Below, one piece after another: positions 6,607 to 15,500 of a stretch of DNA of 31,853 nucleotides. Under the pieces are notes generated by a model, which worked only from the letters and a program-made list of their open reading frames with translations, was not told where the DNA came from and searched no databases. Positions within the stretch are counted from its first letter, which is position 1. Every line of letters starts with the position of its first letter. Source of the DNA: a virus (Duplodnaviria > Caudoviricetes); the IMG/VR virus record IMGVR_UViG_3300016667_000081, positions 1 to 31,853 of that record. One strand, given 5' to 3'. A program made the translations under genes and the position numbers.

Positions 6607-8759
6607 CCGAAAGGATATTCCTTCGGGTTGGTGTAGTTGCGGATGGTTTGCTTCCAGATAATGGGGCCGGCGCCTTCGCCGTGGAAGTTGACGGATAGGT
6701 GGTTGTCGGCCATCCACTTATTCCATTGGCCGAGGTCTTGCATGGCAGCAATCAGTTCGCCCGTAGTAAGGAAGCCAACCTGCTCGTCGCCGATGTTGAC
6801 CTTCATCAGCGGCTGCTTGATGCCGTCCTGCTTGGTATCTTCCGGGTAGAAGAAATCGTAGCCATAAAATTCAAGGCGGCGGAAGCCCATGATGAAGGCG
6901 ACCATTGGCATACGGGTAGCGGAGCAGGTGCCGCCCCCAATAACGAGGCCGCTCTTGAATTCGGGCAGGTTAGCTTCGGCCGTGCCCCCAGTATGGGCGT
7001 GCCAACCAAAGATTTGAACGCCCTTCTGTTCAAGCAGGGTGCGGACGGAGGGATGGGTCATGGTTGCCATGAGGAACTTGTCGGCCCGGTCAGCATCCGC
7101 GAATAGGTCGGTGCGGATGATGCCGTGCGTGGACAGGCCATCGACCGGGCGCGGGTCCAAGATCACGGTGAAGTCGGGCCGGATGCCAGCCTTCTTGAGG
7201 ATGGGGAAGGCATGCTTCACGGCGAAGACGACGGCGCCCTTCTGCTGCTTCTTCTTGATTTCCTTCAGGAAGTTAGGCAGCGTAGGCCCGGCACTTACGA
7301 GGAGGGCGGTCTTGCCGTGCGCCTGGTAGGTTTCCAACCAAGTCGGAATGGCGGCAGTATTGCTGGCAATATGCTGGAACTGTTCGGACTTGTCAACTGA
7401 GTCGATGGGCTTGACCTGGATTTGGGTCTTGAGTTCGGGCGGCTTGAAGCCTGGCAGCGTAAAGAAGCCCAGCGAAATGGTCTGGCTCAGACCAAGGTAG
7501 CCGTCGCCGCTGGTGTACAGGCGGCGCTGCACGTCCTTGGTTTCGTTGAAGACGCGGCGCGGACCTTCCGGCGCACCTTCTTCCTCGTTCGCAATGATGT
7601 CGTCGAAGACCACATAGGGAACGTGCTTCAGGTGGGTGTAGTCGGACAGCGTGGTTTCGTAGGAATGGCCGCCGTCAATGTAAGCAAAGGACGCTTTCTT
7701 TACATAGTCGCCGGACTTAGGAAAGGTTTCGAGCGTATTGCCCTTTACTAGGTGGAAGCTGAACTCAAGGCCCTTGCGGGACATCATGCGGCTGTAGTTG
7801 TCCAGCCGGTTATAGACGGTACGGTAGGAGGCGTGGGGCTTGGTGTGGCCTTCGTGGATGCGGTCGTTGCCGTCGTCGAAGGTATCGAAGCCGGTGTACA
7901 GGACGCGCGTAATGCCGGTAGCGAAGGCAGTTTCGGCCATCTGGATGGCGCGGCTACCGTTCCATGTGCCGACTTCAACTAGGTCGGCGCGGCCCGTTTG
8001 CTGGATGGAGTGTTGGAGTACGTCCATCAGAACGGAGTAGCGACCGGGTACGCCAAGGCCAGGATCGGCGATGGTGTCCTTGTTCGGGCCTTTGTAATGG
8101 ATGAGGTAGGCACCGAGCGGCGATTGGTGGAAGGCATCCAGGCCGAGCGCACCTTCCGCAATGTTCTTGACGTTCAGGCCGTGGGCGCGGTGCAGGATTA
8201 CGAGGCGGTCCAGTACGGCATTGTCGTGGGCCTTCTTGTAATGGAAGGCTTCGAAGGAATCGTACAGGCCCCAGTAATCGGCCAGGAGGGAGGCGCCCTC
8301 ACGGGTGCGAAGGTTGAAGGCGAACCAAGAACCTTCAGATTCGCGCACTGATTTGCGGTACAGGTAGGTCAGGTCGAACTGGTCGTCGAACAGTTCTTCG
8401 AGGAGGGGCTTGTCAACGGGCTTGAAGGTTTCGGTGTCCGCGTCGATGAAGCCGATCCAGTCTAGGTCGGGCGTGACGGAATGGGCGAGGGCCACCGCCT
8501 TGAAGCAGTATTGGAGGGACGGGCCATCCTTGGCGTCGGCGCCCAGGTGGGACTTCAGCTTCTGGAAACTGGGCACATCTTCGAGGCGGCGGAAGGTGAT
8601 GCCTTCACAGCTAGGAATATTTTCCCCGAGGTCGTGGTGCCAGATTTCCAGTTCAATGGAGGCGGGCCAATACTTCTTGAAGGAAGTAGCGAAGCGATCA
8701 GCATAGCGTTCCCAGGAGGACGGGCCAATCGTGGTGATAATTTTAGCTTTCATCGACAT
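6603..8759 (-). CDS. Tri-domain protein: GT-A glycosyltransferase + class I SAM methyltransferase + Maf/DUF115 (MptE-like) domain
   Basis: N-terminal GFIDADT (DxD) and IHYKG; middle VEVGTWNG...YIDGGHSYETTLSD..VVFDD; C-terminal LVSAGPTL...GIRPDF..LDP...GG.TCS...MGFRRL.FYGYDF. Confidence 0.8.
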   Translation of the reverse strand: MSMKAKIITTIGPSSWERYADRFATSFKKYWPASIELEIWHHDLGENIPSCEGITFRRLEDVPSFQKLKSHLGADAKDGPSLQYCFKAVALAHSVTPDLDWIGFIDADTETFKPVDKPLLEELFDDQFDLTYLYRKSVRESEGSWFAFNLRTREGASLLADYWGLYDSFEAFHYKKAHDNAVLDRLVILHRAHGLNVKNIAEGALGLDAFHQSPLGAYLIHYKGPNKDTIADPGLGVPGRYSVLMDVLQHSIQQTGRADLVEVGTWNGSRAIQMAETAFATGITRVLYTGFDTFDDGNDRIHEGHTKPHASYRTVYNRLDNYSRMMSRKGLEFSFHLVKGNTLETFPKSGDYVKKASFAYIDGGHSYETTLSDYTHLKHVPYVVFDDIIANEEEGAPEGPRRVFNETKDVQRRLYTSGDGYLGLSQTISLGFFTLPGFKPPELKTQIQVKPIDSVDKSEQFQHIASNTAAIPTWLETYQAHGKTALLVSAGPTLPNFLKEIKKKQQKGAVVFAVKHAFPILKKAGIRPDFTVILDPRPVDGLSTHGIIRTDLFADADRADKFLMATMTHPSVRTLLEQKGVQIFGWHAHTGGTAEANLPEFKSGLVIGGGTCSATRMPMVAFIMGFRRLEFYGYDFFYPEDTKQDGIKQPLMKVNIGDEQVGFLTTGELIAAMQDLGQWNKWMADNHLSVNFHGEGAGPIIWKQTIRNYTNPKEYPFG

Positions 8760-8773
8760 GTGTCCGGGATATG

Positions 8774-9544
8774 TTAATAGGAAGTACGGTAGGCGTTGGT
8801 GAGTTCGTCACGCCAGAACTTATCGAAGGGGGTAACTTCACGGTCGGTCATGCCGGAAACGGGCGGCCCGTAGGTGAAGTGGACTGCGTTGACCGGGCAG
8901 GTCTTGCCCCGCATTTCGGAGTCGATAGCCGCTTCGGTAGTCGGGCTGTAGTTGGGAACCCAATGCCAGGCTTCGGACAGGAAACCGATATCGGAATCGT
9001 CCAGCCACTTGAAGCCGTGGAGGAAGGAGCCGTCCGCGTAGTTCACCATTTCAAGGGTAGGCAGCTTGGGAGAGTTCAGGTTCCACAGCATGAGGGCGGA
9101 CCACAGCTTGCGCTGATAGCGGGCCTGCGGCTGGTTATCCATCTTGACGGTGGTGGTAGGCTGGAAGTTGTGCGGGACAACCATGACAGTCTTGGAGGGA
9201 TCGGCCTCCTTCAACAGCTTTTGAATGTCGTCCAGCCATAGCCAGTCGCAGTCGGTGAATAGCGCCCAGCCGTCGTGGCCTTCGTCGCGGGCTACGATGG
9301 GTGTGAGGAAGCGGGTATGGGAGAACTGCACGCTGAAGGGCTTGCCATCGCGTTCGTCGAGGTAGGTGCCATCTTCGCAGATGCGCCATGGTCGGTCGAA
9401 CAATTGGCGGCGCCGCAAGTTCAGGTGTTCAAGATAGCCTACTTGAAGTGGCTTCGATGAGTAGGCGCGGGCCGACGCCTCGGTGACTGCGAGTGCCTCG
9501 GGTTCTCGGTGATCTACACCGATATAGTAGGTGAAGTTTGCCAT
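8774..9544 (-). CDS. GT-A nucleotide-diphospho-sugar transferase (GT8-like / plant CDI-like)
   Basis: YIGVDHRE, FSHTRFLTP, ALFTDCDWL, KMD.Q.Q..Y.RKLWS, LHGFKWL.D..IG and VHFT.GPP. Confidence 0.85.
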   Translation of the reverse strand: MANFTYYIGVDHREPEALAVTEASARAYSSKPLQVGYLEHLNLRRRQLFDRPWRICEDGTYLDERDGKPFSVQFSHTRFLTPIVARDEGHDGWALFTDCDWLWLDDIQKLLKEADPSKTVMVVPHNFQPTTTVKMDNQPQARYQRKLWSALMLWNLNSPKLPTLEMVNYADGSFLHGFKWLDDSDIGFLSEAWHWVPNYSPTTEAAIDSEMRGKTCPVNAVHFTYGPPVSGMTDREVTPFDKFWRDELTNAYRTSY

Positions 9545-9550
9545 TCACCT

Positions 9551-9579
9551 TTTATATTAGAAGCTAATAAGTTAGTCAA
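9551..9579 (-). promoter_or_regulatory. Sigma70-like promoter for the glycosylation cassette (probably leaderless)
   Basis: Minus strand reads TTGACT-17 bp-TATAAA, then 6 nt to ATG 9544, inside an AT-rich 43-bp gap. Confidence 0.65.
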
Positions 9580-9587
9580 CTATAATG

Positions 9588-12500
9588 TTAGCGGAAAGGG
9601 TTGGAGGTGGAGTCGGATCGACCGGACTGTCGTTGATACATTTCGTATTCTTGCATTGCGCGTTGCCTGACTGTACGCGGAATACCTTCCACAACATTTT
9701 GCTGGGAGGTGCGGCCGTAGAAATCTTGCATTGCGCGTTGTGTAATAGCTGGAATATTAAAGTTTATAATTTTGTCAAGATTGCCTGCTTCGGCGTGGGC
9801 CGCGTTCTTGCGAGCCTGCTCGACAAGCAAGTCCCGGGCCTTGTTAATTTCAGCCTGAGCTTCATCAGTCTTGCCTTGTTCGCGCAAACGCAAGCTGTTA
9901 GTGAAGTGACGGGCAGCCTCGTCATTAAGGCGCTGCGTGGCGCCAGCGTTCAGGCGTTCGAGTTCAGTGTGACGGGCATACCAATCTCGGGCATTGACAA
10001 CGGCAGGCGCCGGGAAACCAATGGCTTGGCGCAGCGCAACCGGAGCAAGGGATTGAGTGTCAATGGCAGCGATTTGGGCGGGGGAAAGCAGGACGTTGCC
10101 CCGCTGGGACTTGATTTCCTGGGAGCCGAAGGCTTGGTCCAGGCCCCTGATGACGTTGCCGACGGCGCGGGGCATGAGGGTGGCAGCGGCGTTCCAGTAA
10201 TCGTCCTGCTTAAGGTAGTTGTAGGTACGATAGGCTGCTTCCGGGAAGGTAGCCGCCGGACCCAGCAAGGTCATAACATTGGCGGTAGTCAGGTCGTTGA
10301 AGGGGATGGGGTCAATGGCAACGCGCCGAGAGAGTGAGGCCCACCCTTGAGCGTGGGGTATGCCTCGGGTAGCAGCTTCACCAACCCAGCCTCCGCCAAA
10401 GGCTTCGCGCGCAGCAGCATCAAAGTTGACGGTGGAGCCAAAGGCTTCCTTCATCAACAGTTCGAGGGCCTCCTTTAGCAATTCGGCGCCCGGCGCAGCC
10501 CAGATACCGCCCAGCGCCACCAGCGGCGCCATCATGGCGATTACGCCGACTGCTCCGGCTCGGGCCATTTGAGGGTCGCTTTCACGGATGCCGCGCAAAC
10601 CAAGGCGAGCTTGGTTGACCATCAGTTCGGCGGCCTTCAGCGGGAAGGACATGAACTGCGTGGCAACTTCAGCGGCCGGGGTGAAACGCTGAATGAGGGC
10701 GCGATCCTCCTTGGAGGTAATGAAGTTAGCCTGGTTTGTCTTGGCTACCGCATAATCATAGGCAGAATTGTAAGTGGCGCTATCGTATTTACCGGCGCGT
10801 GTCAGAACGCCGGGGTCTTTTTGAGCAACCCGGAATGCGGCAATGAAGGTAACCGCGCGGTTGATCTGTTCGGATTGCTGTTGAAGGGAACCGACAATAC
10901 GGGAAGCCTTGTTAAAATTGGCCGCCCACTTGGTGGCGTTTTCCACGCCCAAGGAACGCAGGCCAGAAGCTGTGACTTGGCCCCGGCTTTCATTGGTATA
11001 GAGTGGCTGAAGAACACCGATCTTCAAGGCTCGCTCATAGGCGGCTCGTTCGTTGGCGTTGTTAAGGTTCTTAGAGAGAACATCCACAACATTTTCCTGG
11101 CGGCGCAACGCTTCATTGAGGCTATTGCCTACTGCTTTATAAGCCGAAAGCGTGGTGCCAATAGAACCCACCCCAGAATCACGGATGAAGAGTGGCATGG
11201 TAACTTGGAAAGGTTGTAGCAGGTTGACCATGGCGGTGTCAACTGCCGCGCCCAGCAGCATGAAATATGTAGCGGTACGCAGGCCGCCGAAGGATTCGGT
11301 AGGAGTGGAGTAGTAGGCACGGTGGTTGCGGAAGAACTCTTTGTCGTTCTCAGTCAGCGGCTGGATCGCTTCGTTAAAAGCGTCCTGGGTAGCGCGCCTA
11401 GCAGCGACAGAAGCCACGCCCGCAAAGTAACGCGGCGCCATATCGAGGACATAAGAATCGCGGTTTAGGCCAGTAAGGGGTTCAAGGATGTCTTGATTGG
11501 GGCGGAAGATGCGGTCCATCTGCGCCTTGTCCAGATCAGATTGCAGCCGGTTCAGCAGGTTTTGCGCCTGCGTGGAGGAAGCGACGACCGGCAGTTCCAT
11601 AAGCTGTGCCAGATATTCAGATACGGCATCCGCGTCGCGACGGATACGGCGAGCTTCTTCGTTGGCAGAAAACTTCTGGCCTTGCTCCATGACGTAGTGT
11701 TGCTTGGAGTTGGGAAACTCTGCCTTCAGTTGCTTGATAGCTGCCTGCATGGGGTCGGCGTTGCGCCGCATGCGTTGGGGCAGATTAAGAGGGTTGTACG
11801 CAATCATGCGAACCGGGGGGCCGACTCGTTCGCCCTTGTTGTTGACTTTGTAGGCAGCAACAAAGTGAGAGCCGTCGGCAATAACCGGCATGTAATACGG
11901 ATTACGGAGCTTGTTCAGGCGTTGCAATTCAGCCCAACCCTTGGGAGAGACTGCCGACAGTTCACGGGCAGGAATTTCCCACAGGTGCTTGCCTTCATGC
12001 TTCTGCCAGAAGGCGTCTAGGCGCGCCCGTTCTACGGCCGTAGAAGCAGCGTTAGGCTTGAAGTACCGCAGGGTGTAGGCTTCGGCCAGCCAATCAAAGG
12101 CGCGCTGCCCGCCAGCAATAAGATTGTCTAGGGCCGTGCGCTCCGCTGCCGAAAAGCCGGTGGTGACGGGCGGCTTCTTGGTACGAGAGGCTTGACGCCA
12201 GGCTTCGGTAACTTTGATGCGGCTTTCCGCAGTCTTAAGGCGCGAGAACGCGACCGGAAAGTTTTCCAGTTCAATGTTCGCTTCGTTCTTGCGGTTCAAG
12301 ACTTCTTGGCTTACGTTGGCAACAGGCCGAAGTTCAGCCTTCGTCGTCCCATATCCCATAATAGGCGAAGCAAAATACTTAAAAGGTCCAGCAACGAAGT
12401 CTTTGGTATAGTTCTTGACGACGGTGTTGGCCTTGGTCGGGGAAGCGGGGAGGGTAGGCGCCTGTGGATTTACAGGCCCCGGCGTTCCAGTTCCGCCGCC

Positions 12501-15500
12501 AGCTTGCTGGGTTCCACCCCGCTGTCCAGCATTTGAAGTGCCACCTGTAGCTGGGCTGCGTACTGGTTGCCCGGCTCCTGCATTTCCGCCGACTGCGCCG
12601 TTCCCAGCAGAAACCCTTTCATAGCTTGGCGCTGATGCGGACTCCCGGTTGTCGTCTGAAAAACGCTGTCCACTAGACCCGAGATTTTCATTGTAAGCTA
12701 TCCTACGGTTCTCGTTGATAATGTCACTATAGTCGGCCGCAAGAGTTTCTGCAAACTCTTTTTCGAAGGCATTGAAGTCAAACTGCTTATCGGCCTTCAG
12801 CTTAAACAGAATGCGCTGCATCTCAGCGGGAAAGTCGGCATCATGGTTGCGGATTTTGTGGTGAGCCAGTTCATGGACCATGGTGCCCACGATGCCATAG
12901 CCGGCTTCCAGCGGATCAGCCGAGGCGGGTAGCGCAGGATTGATGAAAGAACCAGAGAACGGTACGCGAATGGAAACTCCGCGATAGTCCTTGTCATAAG
13001 ACACGCCTACCGCTTCGTTCGCCATTTCTGGATAGTTCATAACCCGTGCCGTTTCGTCGCGCAGAACGCGGAAGGCTTCAGCCGCATAGGTAGTGAACTC
13101 GTCAAACTTTGCGCCAAACTTTTCGCGCATCAGTTGTGAGTAGGGCTGATCATTGACCGTAAGGTTGTCGTGGACCATGGCACGGTCAACGTCAATCAGG
13201 GCAGGATCAACCTTAAGGTCGGTTGCCTTGGGCACGCTTTTCATCAGTTCTTCACTGGTGAGAGCGGGCAGTTCCTTGCCACCAACTAGCAGCTTGCCGT
13301 TGTTCACGGTGATGGTAGAGCCGGGCTTCAAGGAGCCAAGCTGAGTATCCGCAACAGGAATGTTAGGCGTAATGTCGATAGACGCTGAAAGCTGGCCGGT
13401 GGCCGGATCGACATAAGCTATGCTGCCAAAACTGGTTGCCTGATTTTGAATATCTTGGTAAGCGTATATAGCATTGATATGCTTGAAGATGTTGTCAAAA
13501 TCAGCTTTGCTTTGTGGGGAAAATTCCTGACGGTTAGGCGCAAACGGGTAGCCGGCTTCGTCTGCCTTGACGCGCGGTTCCACATCCACATAAAAAGTAT
13601 AGGGGATTGGCTCGCTGAACATACGACCGGGATTCTTAGAGATTTTGCGGCTGAACTGCCACAGCCCGTTAGACAGGACGTGCAGATTATTGCCGTAAGT
13701 CTGGCCCGTGGTATTCCGGGAGACATAGACGCGAGCATTGCCCCAGTTAAACTTGACATTCGCAAACTGCTGGTAGTCTTTGTATGGGAACGAAGTCCCC
13801 ATGTTGGGAATGACTTCACCATTCCAACGAACTTCGATAGGGGCGAATAGCGGGCTGAATTCCAAAGAAGGCACCGACGAATAATCGTACAAGGAGTCGG
13901 TGGTTTCCGTCTTGCCAGAAGAAGGGTCTTGGTATTCTGTTGGAAAAGTGATGGTAATGCTTGTGCCATGCCCTTCAGGAAACAACTTTAGGTCTTGGTC
14001 AGTGGGCCTACGCACTTCAATGTCGGGCGCAAAACGCGGGTCGTCGGCAGCCTTCATCAGTTGCTCGCCGGTCGTCTGCATTTCTGAAACTTCACCATCT
14101 TTCATGGTGACTACATGGATATTCTTATTGGAATACAGGAACAGAAGTTTAGCAATACCAAAACCGCCCGAGGCGTTCGGATCGTCGCTCTTGCCTGTGC
14201 CTGCCACTTCAAGGAACTTGCCGCCCAACATTTCCGGCGCCATACCCACGCCGTTATCGGTAACCGTAAAGGTGCGGAAATCCCCTAGAGGCCGATTGAA
14301 ACTTATGCGCCCATTCTGAAGTTGGCCGTTCGCAATCGCCGTCTTGATAGCATCGTAAGAGTTCTGAAGAATTTCCTTGACAGAAACCTTACCAATATCC
14401 TTTACATTGCCGTAAAGCTGAGCGCCAAAGATTTTAGCAGTACGCTGGAAGTTGGTCTTTGGCTGCCCCTTGACAGTACGGGTGCGCTCCATTTCCGGCG
14501 CCAAACTTTCCGTCTGCGCTTCAGTGTCTTGGTCATTCTTGATAACCGAATCGCTTGCCGGGGTTGCTTTGCGAAAAGCCTTGAGCGCCTGGATGTAACT
14601 CTTATAGGGCTTGGTTTCGCCGGGCACGCCTTCGATGACGTATTCATTGCCGCGCTTAATCAGGCGCCGATTACGGGCTTGACCCTCCGGCCCAACATAG
14701 CCGGTCTGGATCATAACTTGATCGGTTTGCCCTGCAGCCGGTGCCGGTGCTGCTGCTGCTGCGGTAGGCTCGGCAGGCGGGGCCGGAGTTGGCTGCGGCT
14801 GAGGCTGTGGCTGGATCATTACCGCAGGCGGCGCAACCGGAGTAGGCGCGGCAGCCATTGGCGATGCGCCCGGAACAGACGCAGGAGCGGGAGTAATGGG
14901 AGCGGCACCTGGAGCAACAGGCTGCTGAGGCTTCGCTGGATAAAAACGCGCAAGCTGATTGGTGCTTCGTATAACACCAGTTTGTTGGCCCAGCTTCATA
15001 AGACGCGCAGCATCCGGCTGTTCCAGAATAAGGCCCCTGTCTCGGAACAATTTTTGAAGCGTCCGATAAGAAACGCCAGGTTTATCTAGGCCGGAAGTCA
15101 GGTCCGTAAGATAGCTGCGGGCATAGTCGGCATCCGCATTAATGCGGTTCAGTAGTTCAGTAGGATCGGAGTTAGCAAAGGTCTGTGCCGTTGCAGCCCG
15201 GGCAGCCGTGTTGACAAGAGTAGTAGCGGGGTCTTGGCGCGAAGGGTCTTGTTGGATATCGGGCGGACGGTCAACTACCGTGGTATCGGCGCCGCTGACA
15301 TTGCGATTAAACGCAGCCTCACGGTACTTGTCAGCGTCATAAAGACCCAAAGTAAAGTTAGTTGTAGCCTTGCCCGTCATGGGATCACGCACAGTTTGCT
15401 GGCGCAGATACCCTTCGTCGGCCAAACCCTTCAATGCTTTTTGGACGCGGCCTACTTCTTCTGGCGTAGGGTCAACAACACCAGCTTCCCGCAGCGCCAG

